Below are positions 52,994-64,000 of a stretch of DNA of 64,000 bases, one piece after another (the stretch's first letter is position 1; each line of letters starts with the position of its first letter). The stretch is from Octopus sinensis (lineage: Eukaryota): contig NC_043001.1 in assembly GCF_006345805.1 (NCBI RefSeq), positions 12,152,001 to 12,216,000 of the forward strand. The letters are read 5' to 3'. The position numbers and the translations under genes were made by a program. A model generated the notes under the pieces. That model had not been told where the DNA came from. It saw only the letters and a program-made list of their open reading frames with translations, and did not search any database.

Positions 52994-53178
52994 CAAACAT
53001 TTAAATATAAGATAGAAAATATAACAATAACGTGAATAACTTTGTCCGGAGCAATTACAGAAAGAACGTGAATGTTATTCATTAGGTTGGATCAATTATG
53101 GAAGGACATTTTTCGTATTCCTATGCACGAAGATGTATCATTCGTTTCAGTTGTCAGACAGCGGCCCTACAGAGGCAG

Positions 53179-53313
53179 TCCGGCAAAAGAGACCGATAGA
53201 ATAAGTACTATACTTCCAAAGAATAAGTCCTGTTGTCGATTTGCTCGACTGATGGCGGTGCTCCAGCATAGCCGCAGTCAAATAACTGAAACAAGTAAAA
53301 GAGTAAAAGAGTA
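53179..53313 (+). mobile_element. SINE family A 3' fragment
   Basis: cggcaaaagagaccgatagaataagtac...ctgaaacaagtaaaagagtaaaagag. Confidence 0.85.
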
Positions 53314-53422
53314 ACATTACAGAATGGAGACTGATACTTTAATAACCTGTGTACACGTTGAATGCACATTTTTTTCTACCAGATGTGTTGGAAGAAACGT
53401 GAAGGATTATTTCATATAATAA

Positions 53423-53795
53423 CTAGCAGTATCGCCCGGCGTTGCTCGGGTTTGTAAGGGAAATAACTATATAAGCATTTTTAGAGAGTTATAGCCAAAA
53501 ATAGCAAAAAAATGCAGTAAAAATGGAAAAAAAATTATGGTAATTTTTTTTTAAAATCGTTGACTCATCGTAGACATTTTTAGAGAGTTACTTCCCTTAT
53601 ATAATAGCGAAAAAAATGCATTAAAATGGAAAAAAATTATGGTAATTTTTTTTTTAAATCGTAGAAAGAAGGGCTCGATATGAATCACGACTATAAGATA
53701 CCCAGTTTTGGTTAAACTGCACCGCAAAATGTGTGAGTAGTTAGGAATCTAAATCGTAGGAGACAGACACACAACTTCACTTTTATATATAAAGA
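53423..53795 (-). mobile_element. Non-autonomous Helitron, copy 2
   Basis: Same TC...hairpin-CTAG termini and A|T target as 10509-10889; internal ~120-bp duplication. Confidence 0.85.
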
Positions 53796-54852
53796 TTCGC
53801 GTAGGTCATTTCCAAATCAAAATGCTTTTACTCGGTATATTTTTCTTAGAAGATGTGAATATAGTCTGAGATGTATGCTAATTAAACCTGGTTGTATTGT
53901 GATAATAGAATATGTTTTACGGTGCCGTTACAGTTCCTTCGTTGAGTCGCAACTTTGACGGAGTAGAAAGACTATTGTTTAGCGAACATTATGTGTTCAT
54001 GTTTACCAATTCCTCACTTAGTAGCAGAAGTTGAGATAAGCATCAACCTTACTCAGTCAATCTAACGGCACGACGTCATACAGCCGAGTCCCCTGAATAG
54101 AATTATCTTTGTATAATTACTCGTATCATGAAAATTGTTCTAAAACAATTATTCGAAAAACAGTTATTCGAAATATATATAGTTTTCTTTTAAATGAGAT
54201 TAACGAAATAGATTAAGTAACATTTCATATAATTGTCCTTTTGATTAATTTTCTTTCATACAATTTTCTATTCGAATAAATGTTTTTCGGAATTGTTTGC
54301 GAATAAATATTTCCGAAAAATTATTTTCGAACGACGTCTACATAATCTAATCTCCATATGTAACTGTTCGGTAATTTAACGCTATAAACTTGATGGCATT
54401 TAATCTGAGAATCCTCATAGCTGTCGCTCTTTTGATTCCTTTAAATGACCGACATGTCATCTCTCAGTAACCCAATAGTAATCTCTCAGGTGTTTTGTAC
54501 AGATATATATCTAAACTTACTTGATACTGTCCTCTCTACGTTGAACCTTTTAGTATTTATACCGGCTATATCCAGCCCAAATAGTCTCTGTGTTATATAT
54601 TTAAGTCTGCGAAACCTCACTTCTACCCTACATTTGAAAGAATTTAAAGATATACATATTTATTGTAAATCTATATTTGCATCTTCGCAATCTCGAAGCT
54701 ATAAGACAGTCATGTTTGATTTAAGACAGTGAAAAATAAAAAAAGAGGGATTTTATATTTGAGAGAGTAATCTGAATGCTATGATATTTGTTTCCGATAT
54801 TTCACCGTTTCTTGCAACACGTAAACCTGTCTCTACGAAGAATTAAATAATA

Positions 54853-55279
54853 CAGGGTGTTCAAAACGTCTCTCCGCAGTAAATATTTTATTGCAAAATG
54901 AATATTTACAAGGTGGTATAAGACTACAAATGAATAATTTAGACTTCACAACACTTTAAAAAACTTTATAAGAGGGGTTTAAAGTGTTGTCCTTCATTTT
55001 CAATACATACGTTGACTCTTCTACACGTTTTGAAATACATCTTGGAGAGGCTGACGCGGTATGGACCATGTGAAGAATTATGATTGCATCTTTTAGCTCA
55101 TTAATGGTTTTCAGACCATTTTTGTACACTGATCCTATATTTGTCCCCCACCTCACCCCGGCAACAAAGTCGGGTGGTTTTAAATCAGGTTATCTTAGTG
55201 GCCAAATTTCCCTCCGAATTAATTCGTTCACCGAAAAAGTCTAGAAAATTCACTGCAGAGAGAATTTTTGAACACTCTG
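54853..55279 (-). mobile_element. Tc1/mariner-superfamily internal-deletion derivative
   Basis: TIRs cagggtgttcaaaa / ttttgaacactctg with TA on both sides. Minus-strand remnant WPLR*PDLKPPDF..WG..VYKNGLKTINELKDAI resembles the WPPRSPDL.P.DF motif. Confidence 0.85.
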
Positions 55280-55296
55280 TATTTGTAATAGTACGA

Positions 55297-55610
55297 AGGC
55301 GGTGAACTAGCAGAAACGTTAGCACACCGGATGAAATCCTTTGCGGTATTTCGTCTGCCGCTACGTTCTGAGTTCAAATTCCGCCGAGGTCAACTTTACC
55401 TTTGATATTTTTGAGGTCGATAATTTAAGTACCAGTTACGCACCGGGGTCGATGTAATCGACTTAATCCGTTTGTCTGTCCTTGTTTGTCCTCTCTGTAT
55501 TTAACCCCTTGTGGGTAGTAGAGAAATAGAAATAGGTATTACATCTGTCTTAACGTTCTGAGTTCAAAATCGACTATCCCCGCTCCCTAAAAATTTCGGG
55601 CCTCGTGACT
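55297..55610 (+). mobile_element. SINE family B head-body-tail1 plus deleted body-tail2
   Basis: Direct alignment to the other copies. Confidence 0.85.
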
Positions 55611-56505
55611 TGATACGATAATAATATCTTAATGCGATTTGTAATATTTATTACGTAAACACCTTATTTTATTCTCGTTTCCTATATTAAATTACGGATG
55701 ATAAATTCGATATTAAACGTTTCGTAGTATTTCAGTATTTATTAGGGTATACATACAAATATAAATACACTCCGATATATCAATATATAATGATTAATTT
55801 TCTATATATTATGTTTCAGCAAGACACATTCTAAAATAAGATACGTTTTATGTATACTGTTACGTACTTCATTATATAATTTACATTCATTTTCATTTAT
55901 TTCAACAAATATTTCCTGTGTTTACAATATATATGAATTCTATAAGAAACACAGTATGATTTGATTTATAAGCATAAATCATGCACTTCATATCATTTAC
56001 AGTGGAAAAATCAGTAAATTTTGGGGGCGATATATCTCAAGGAAGATTAGAGAAGCAAGCCAAAGTTTTAATATATATCATATCGGGTTCTCAGTGGCAC
56101 AGAATTTATTCCATATATTTATAAAACAACCAACACCTTATGTGTTTCAGTTTTTATCTTCAGTCGTTGTCTCCATTGATATCATACTTGAAATGAGTCG
56201 AAATATGCTATAAACGTTGATATAATGATTTCATAATTACAAAATAAGACGAAGCAATTAGCAAGTATGTATTCAATTAATGGTTTTCGTGAAGAATTCG
56301 TCACGAGGAACGCTCACGAAATTATAGTTACTTCAGTTCATCAGGGAAAATGTAATTAATAAATTACCTGAACAGATTCCACGCTTTTTACACGCTAAGA
56401 AAACGATCATCAGTCACTACCATCCTGCAGACGCAGCACCCTTGCTGCCATAACCCACAATGTTATTAAGCGCCCCATGATGGGAGAGCACTGACCGATA
56501 TATCT

Positions 56506-56921
56506 TATTTCTTTACTGCCCACAAGGGGCTATACATAGAGGGGACAAACAAGGACAGACAAACGGATTAAGTCGATTATATCGACATCAGTGCGTAACT
56601 GGTACTTATTTAATCGACCCCGAAAGAATGAACGGCAAAATCGACCTCGGCGGAATTTGAACTCACAACGTAGCGGCAGACGATATATCTATTTCTTCAT
56701 TACCCACAAGGGGCTAAACACAGAGAGGACAAAGAAGGACAAACAAACGGATTAAGTCGATGACATCGATCCCAGTGCGTAATTTGTACTTAATTTATCG
56801 AACCCGATAGGATGAAAGGCAAAATCGACCTCGGCGAAATTTGAACTCAGAACGTAACCGCAGACGAAATACGGCTACACATTTCGACCAGCGTGCTCAC
56901 CTTTCTGCCAGCTCGCCGCCT
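56506..56921 (-). mobile_element. SINE family B dimer with ~15-bp TSD
   Basis: ctgaccgatatatct (56491-56505) / ctgacgggtatatct (56922-56936). Confidence 0.88.
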
Positions 56922-56980
56922 CTGACGGGTATATCTATCTATATACCCACAAAGGAATGTACGCACGTTTCTATCCGCCC

Positions 56981-57056
56981 AACTATGTACCCGTGTACCA
57001 TTTATAGACCTGTGCCTGAACTATGTACCCGTGTACCATTTATAGACCTGTGCCTG
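56981..57056. repeat. Perfect 38-bp tandem duplication
   Basis: aactatgtacccgtgtaccatttatagacctgtgcctg x2. Confidence 0.9.
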
Positions 57057-57290
57057 AATATATGAATGAACATGTTTGTGTAGGCGTTGCGTGTAAATAT
57101 AGACGCATGCGTATATGTGCAGGAGCAAAGTGGTGCCAGTGCGTATATGCTTATGTCTGTGTGATTTCGAGCCCCACTTCTGCCGATTGTAAATACTAAC
57201 TGAAATGAGGTTTGAATTTACAGTTCTCCTCAAATAATCATTAAATTTAATCCCACATTTCTTACGATTTTATAAAATTAAACTTTAATA

Positions 57291-57690
57291 GGCGCAAGAG
57301 TGGCTCTGTGGTAAGTAGCTGGCTTACCAACCACATGGTTCCGGGTTCGGTCCCACTGCGTGGCATCTTAGGCAAGTGTCTTCTGCTATAGTCGCGGGCC
57401 GACCAATGCCTTGTGAGTGGATTTGGTAGACGGAAGCTGAAAGAAGCCTGTCATATATATGTATATATATATGTGTGTATGTGTGTGTATGTTTGTGTGT
57501 CTGTGTTCGTCCCCCTAGCATTGCTTGACAACCGATGCTGGTGTGTTTAGGTCCCTGTCACTTAGCGGTTCGGCAACAGAGCCCGATAGAATAAGTACAG
57601 GGCTTACAAGAATAAGTCCCGGGGTCGATTTGCTCGACTAAAGGCAGTCAAATTACTGAAACAAGTAAAAGAGTAAAAGAGTAAAGAGTA
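57291..57690 (+). mobile_element. SINE family A, full length
   Basis: Same structure as 9522-9960. Confidence 0.9.
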
Positions 57691-58104
57691 ATACAACACC
57701 TACAGTATGTCTTTGAGTTTGGTATTCAGTTGGATTTAAATTTTGTTCATGTTTTTCAATCTTATTCTGCATTCCAGTAGAGGATTGTCCGTAATGTAAG
57801 AGATGTTGTGCAATAACAGATTGTCAACCCTCTTTATTAATGGGGGAGAGTCTCCAGATTCAGTTCATCAAACGACGAATTCCGGCCTTCAATATTAAGG
57901 AATTTAGTCCTAAGTAAAGAATACGATAAGACTTTGTTCATGTAATTCTGTTGATTGACAAGAGGATTCAGTAGCATATAGAAAAGTTTCATCGACCTTT
58001 CTTTTCATTCTGCGATACGGAATTAGCTTTGCCATTTGTTAGTTTCTGCATTTAGAGTAGAAATACACGTTGCACTATGCATTTTAAATAACTGAAACAG
58101 AATT

Positions 58105-58140
<36 letters not shown>

Positions 58141-58299
58141 AGTATATATGTATATGTATACATATAAATGTATGTATATATATATATATATATATATACA
58201 TATATACATACATATATGTACATCATACCTACATCTATATGTATATATACATGCATATACGGGTGCAGATCGTCAAAAGTACGTGAGCAAAATAATCCC

Positions 58300-58755
58300 T
58301 TCATCAGTGGTCCCCTGTTTTATCTACTCCGCGTTCCGAATGTCGGGGGACACGCGACTTCGTTCAACAGTCGTTCCCGCAAAGCAAATTAAGTTAAGTT
58401 TGGGTTAAAGTCGTAACAAAAACCGGAGAGTGAGAAGAAAATAGTACAAAACAAATGGTAAAGGCTGTTAAGCCCTAAGGAGTTGAGGTGGTAAACACTG
58501 GAGAAACGAGCTTTGATAAGAGAAACGCGAAGTATGTCTTCTGTCTTGTAAGGTAAGGGGAGGAAAGAAAGGTAGTCGCTAGTCAGGTGTGAGCAACTAG
58601 AGTGTTAAATACGGAGAATGACTGAGTGAGAGAGAGAGAGAGAGAGAGAAATAGAACGGCGAAGGTGAGGAGGTGAATTAGAGAAAGGATGGGTGACACA
58701 AACAGATGAAAGAAAATAAGAGAGGGAGAATAGAGATAGTTGTATCAGAATTATT
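58300..58755 (-). mobile_element. Unclassified microsatellite-flanked repeat, copy 1 (possible PLE terminal repeat)
   Basis: Aligns with 59696-60137 (ttcatcag..cccctgttttat.tactccgc...aaacgagctttga...aaataagagaggga.aatagagata). CTGATGA on minus at its left end. Confidence 0.55.
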
Positions 58756-58758
58756 TAG

Positions 58759-58813
<55 letters not shown>

Positions 58814-58912
58814 ATATATATATATATATGTATATGCATATATACATATATATATATATATACTCATATGCATATATATGTGTGTATATATATATATACA
58901 TGTATATATATA

Positions 58913-58943
<31 letters not shown>

Positions 58944-59458
58944 TTGTATATATATATGTATGTATGTGTACGTATGTGTATATATATATATATGTATATA
59001 TATATGTATGTGTACATATGTATATATACATATATATATGTGTGTATGTGTGTGTGTATATGTATGTATGTATGTATGTACGTAGGTACACATGTTTATA
59101 TACTGCAATTAACATTTGTAGATGACAAACACCGACATAAGATACAACGTTGCCACAACATATACATCGTGTTTCAGATGTCGTTGATATTTAGCAAATG
59201 ACATATCAGCGAAATCTAATATCTTCTTCCCTTCAAAGCCATAATGAATCAGATGTGAAGGTCATGTTCTTTATAGATAAAGCCGCCAAGATAATTTAAG
59301 ACACAGTTTTAAGCGTTCCTATTTAGAAATTAAGCAGCCATTCTAGTTGTTGTGGATATTCGCTGTAGTAGAGAATAACTTCTCAATAATTGTATATACT
59401 TGTCCAAAATACCTTCAGGCAAATAGCCAAGTAAACATAGTCACACGCACGCACATAA

Positions 59459-59511
<53 letters not shown>

Positions 59512-59695
59512 TATGTCTCATTATTATATGCTATACTTTCTCAAAATTCACCGCGCAAGAGTAGTCTCAGTCAGCAGTAAATGAAAAATGGCGAATCGAT
59601 CTTAGAAATGCTAAAATCACACTCGTAAAATATAAAGGGTAGCGATACACACACAAACATATATATGTATGTCTGAGTGTGTGTGTGTATCAGTT

Positions 59696-60137
59696 TTCAT
59701 CAGTTTTCCCCTGTTTTATTTACTCCGCTTTGAGAACGCTGGGACAAGACGTGATTTCGTCCAAACAGGCGTTACCGCAAAGCAAGTTAAATGAAATTCG
59801 CGACATGCGGAGGGATAAAGTGATAATAAAAACAGGAGAAAAAGGACAAAACAGTAAAATCAAACGGTAAAAGCTATTAAGCTATAAGGAGTTGAATAAG
59901 TAAACGCTGGATAAACGAGCTTTGACAGGACACAGGCAAAATGTGTGTCCCTTGGAAGGTGAAGAAAGAAAGATAGCCACTCGTCACGTGAGAGTCAAAG
60001 AGGAAGAGTGACAGATAGAGAAAGAGATCGGAGAAGGGGAGGTGAATAATAAGGGCATGGGTGGGAGAGAAAACAGAAAGAAAAGAAATAAGAGAGGGAA
60101 AATAGAGATATTTGTAGACTGCGCATCAGAATTAAGA
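59696..60137 (-). mobile_element. Unclassified microsatellite-flanked repeat, copy 2
   Basis: Diverged direct copy of 58300-58755. Confidence 0.55.
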
Positions 60138-60246
60138 TCCACACACACACGCACGCACATACACACACACACACACGCGCACATACACACACACACCACA
60201 CACACATATATATATATGTATGTATATATATTTATATATATATATA

Positions 60247-63200
60247 CTAGCAGCATAGCCCGGCGTTGCCCGGGTATGTAAGAGCCCCTAGTAGGCAACG
60301 ACTAATCCCAATGTAGTCCTTTCCCTCCAGGGAACGAAGGTGCATGTGGACGTTGCAATGTCTTGTCTTCACTGGAATACTTCTGTATATACGATGTTCC
60401 TAGCTGTCCGTTTGGGCGAAAACATGAAAACATCATTGCGCCTCCCAACGCGTGAACAGCCCACGTAGAGTTGACCGTGGGCGAAGCACTGTTCGCCCAA
60501 ATGTAACCCAGCGACTTGTAGCGTTTGGCCTTGGGATTTATTGATGGACATTGCGAAGCAGAGTTTAACAGGAAACTGAGAACGCCTGAAGTGGATTGGT
60601 AGGTCAGCGCCCGACGGTTGAAGGTGCATCCGTGGAATGAAGACGTCCTCTCCCTTCCCACAACCGGTAAGTATTGTGGCCGTTATTAAATGTGGTGCCA
60701 AATGTTTCACAACCAAACGTGTGCCGTTGCACTGTTTAGGTGGAACCAAATTCCTGATGAGCATAATGGGCGCACCGACTTTTAACTTCAGGATGTGTGG
60801 TGGCAGGCCTGGCGGTTCAAGTGAATTCAGGAATTCAACAGGATAATCGGCAAGCTGGGCGGGGTCTGCTGTCCTATCTATAGATTTGTAGACGTGGACA
60901 TCACCAGGAATAGCTTCAAGTAGCTGGATATTGATGGAGTTGACGGTTGTAGTTTTGGGTGCGAGAATAGCTCTGCCTGCCAGCCATTTTAGGTCGCGTA
61001 AATTGTTTTGTAGGTCGTGGAAGACAGCGTCCCGGAGGCTAGCAGGGGTGTCGACAATGGTGCAAAGTGAGTCCATTTGAACGTAGCCATCCGCATCAGA
61101 CAGCATCCTATTTTCACCGAGCAATAAGAGGTCCCTGGAGAATGCAGCGGATCCGCTGTCACCAATTAACTGCGCGCGCATGTTAGTTTGGAGGTGCAAG
61201 GGCCGCACATGTGCCCAAAGAGCTGACGACTTAAGGCACGCGCGCACGGCATCGGCACGGGTTCCTTTTGGAATAACAGGTAGAGTCTGCCTGAAGCCTC
61301 CTGAAAGAAGTAAAGTTAATCCTCCCATGGGGGCCGTAGAGTCTTGCAGGGACCTGTCCAGTGCCTCAAGGGCGCCTTTGTGTGCCATAGTGCACTCGTC
61401 CCATACGATGAGTTTGCATCTGCGCAGAATGTCGGCCTGTTCTGAGTTCTTGGCGATGTTGCAGATAGGTGACTCGGACTTTGCCAGATCGAGCGGGAGT
61501 CTGAAGGCAGATGGGCGGTTCTGCCACCCGGAAGCAACGTGGCCGCGATACCAGAGGAAGCTACAGCCAGGGCAATGTCCGTGTTGCGTCTGACCTCTGC
61601 CAGAATTAGTTTAGTGACGAAGGTTTTGCCAGTGCCGCCGGGTGCATCAAGGAAGAAAATCCCCCCACGTTGCTGTCTGACAGAGTCTACGATGGTGTTG
61701 TAGGCTATGCGCTGGTCTGGAAGCAGCCGTGGTTCATTATCTTGGACGTACTGGTGCAGTTCCTCAATGCAGTAGGAAGTTTCGCGTAACAATTCAGCAG
61801 ACATAACATTGGCGTGTTCACGTGTGGGTGGTGGAAGGCCGTACTCTGTTAAAGCAGACCCACCCATATCGATGACAGCGTCTTCGAGTTGAATGAGCGC
61901 AAAATTGTAAATGAAGTTGGTGAACGTGATCTCGGCGGAAGGGCAGTGTTGCTGAGCCGTACGTAAGAAGTCGTGCGACATGTCATCCCTGTATTTCATC
62001 CAGAGACTTAGTGGATCACTAAGCTGACATTTTTGAAGAAGGATTGCGAAAAGATGTCGTAGGGCCGAATGCGTTTGCAGTAAAGCACCCTCTGCCATCG
62101 TGGCGTCCCACTGGGAGTTATCCTCTAGAAGGCCAAGTCTCATACATGCTTCCCTGAAGGTGTCGCACAGAACCCCATTGACGGTACGTATATTGGCGAA
62201 ACCTGTTGGACCAGTGACCTCATGTAGAAGGAGACGGAGGTAGAAGCATTCTTGCTGGTTTGGCGGGATGTTGTAAACTCGACCCAGGCAGGAGTCAAAC
62301 TTGACGCCTGGGAAGCTTTCGACGTTTTTGCCGGATTTCCGTCGAACCCAGGTGTTTTTAGACCACACGAAGTACGATGGGACCTGTGGGTACAAAAGCG
62401 TTCGAGCGAAGTCATCACGTTGGCATAATTTGAAGAAACCAGTCAACGTTGTGTCTTTAGGGCTGGTGGCTATCTGCACAGCACTTTGCTCTGTGAAGTA
62501 AATCTGCTGTCCATTTTCCAAGTGTACAGCAAGCTGTACCACAGCCGGGTGTCTCTGATGGAGCGGGAAGCCGTAAATGCGCCAAAACGCTTCGTTGCTG
62601 CTGAGGTACCGGCCAGCCAAGTAGTTGGACACTTCGTCGCGACTGGTGGTCCTCTGGATGCTGAACATGGCAGCATCGCTGCCTTTGTTGATATATTTGC
62701 AGACATATTGTATTGACCTGATGGAGCTGCAGAACTCAACGTTGACGTGGGCTTTGAATATCTTCGACAGGAGAGGACAGTAGGGGACAATGTAGCTGTT
62801 GTCCACTTGATGTCGCCCAACCGTAATCGTGCGGCCTCCATTGGCTGGACTCCTTCGTTTGTACAGCGGATACCCATCGCCGCCTGTTTGAGTCTCCAAA
62901 GTGAACCGTTTAGGAATCCCTTTGAGCAGGCTAATCCGTTTTTGTAGCATGGTGTGTTGGCGTAATTTGGTCCACAGGGCCCGTGTACCATGGTAGTGCG
63001 GACAATTTCGTAGAGTCCGGGGTCCTCATCGGGGTCAGGAATCTCGGCGGAAATGAATTTGTCAATGTCATTAGTCTCGATTTTATGAGTGAGCCAAATT
63101 AAGATGTGAGCATGTGGCAAGCACCTCTTTTGCCACTCGACCGAAAAATGTGGCACCTGACATGCCCGAAAATCTGACTCTTAACTATCAAATCCTTCAT

Positions 63201-64000
63201 TTTGCCCAAATTCAGACGGAAAACCCTAGCAACGATGTCGTGTCGATGGGTGTGAGATTGACCCGGGAGGAGTTCGCGAGTGATTTCGTCGCAGCTGGGA
63301 TTGCACGTGTAGGTGATAAAGAGGTCCGGCCGGCCGTAAATGCGCACGTAGGTCAAGGCGTCTTGGGTCCTTTCACGCATATATCGCGGTCCTCCCGTGA
63401 AGGTGGAGGGTAGAATGCATGGCTTGCCGATGTTGCGAGGGTCATTTTCTTGTTGCAAACCGTCACGGAGATGATGAATGTAGGGTCGGAGCGAAGTTTG
63501 GTCTGATTAAGTTTAATGTATAGCAGCCTTTCCGATTCCATTTTTGCGGCCATATCGACGGCGAACTGGTTGAATAGCTGACGACAACGGGGCAATAAGT
63601 TGAACTCACCCTCCCTGACCATGAACCGGTATGAGTAGAACGCCCTGCAGGAAACCGTCTTTGATGCCGCAGTAGTTTGATTGGAGGGCTGCCGTAAAGG
63701 AATTCCGAAGTGGTAGCCGTCTTCCCCATAAGGGAAAAGCAATGGATAGTGAAGCGCGTCATAAGATCTGTGAGTCTCGCTGATCCTGTGTAGGTTGTTA
63801 CCACGGGAGGAGATGATTATGTCACGGCTGTTGTGTTGCTCTCCGTGTATAACTGCGGCAATTTCGTTGCACGCAGGTGCGTTGAAACGGCGTTCGTGCT
63901 CCCCGTGGGGTCGTTTATCAGCATCAATGACAACGGTGAAGTTTGGAGATGGAGCACTGTCCAAGGCATATCTGAAGCTGCAGACGTAGCTGTTGATATC
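60247..64000 (-). mobile_element. Autonomous-type Helitron, running off the right edge of the window
   Basis: 3' end: hairpin cccgggcaacgccggg then CTAG at 60247-60250, next to T. Carries RepHel coding sequence. Confidence 0.95.
60369..64000 (-). pseudogene. Helitron RepHel (HUH Rep + Pif1 SF1 helicase), frameshifted
   Basis: Rep motifs PDLFITYTCNP, VEWQKRCLPHAHIL, YVCKYINKG; helicase motifs DAPGGTGKT, IVWDECTM, GGFRQTLPV, FAMSINKSQGQT, HGQLYVGCSRV. Split over five ORFs by frameshifts near 63480, 63150, 62930 and 61515. Confidence 0.93.

Noticed and set aside
56128-56170. CTGAAGA...GAAACAC on minus, hammerhead-like; similar partial motifs at about 21429 and 59170-59205
   Set aside because: Stem II or stem I cannot form, or the core is incomplete; consistent with chance.
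60637-63989. Plus-strand ORFs overlapping the Helitron (and minus-strand ORFs over 32747-33850)
   Set aside because: Antisense shadows of the real coding strand with no recognisable motifs.

Overview
AT-rich, microsatellite-dense eukaryotic DNA. The SINE families and composition look like a cephalopod (Octopus-like) genome; this is an inference from recognition, not a search. I found no convincing host protein-coding exon, so the window is probably intronic or intergenic and consists almost entirely of mobile DNA. It contains four tRNA-headed SINE families (many with clear TSDs), a decayed Tigger/pogo transposase, a Tc1 element and a mariner-type deletion derivative, a solo LTR, RTE/CR1 fragments, Dong/R4-like RLE fragments inside (TAA)n arrays, a 215-bp palindrome centred on telomere repeats, and a frameshifted autonomous-type Helitron (Rep + Pif1) with two non-autonomous partners. 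Most notable: (i) several type-I hammerhead ribozyme motifs in Penelope-like modules that abut (TA)n tracts, one apparently intact and clamped by a 29-bp inverted repeat (46786-46947); (ii) an ORF1/gag-only retroelement (32498-34037) with no RT whose 3' end matches the tail of the most abundant SINE, which itself transposes as head-[body-tail]n multimers. Most ORFs in the track are microsatellite artefacts.
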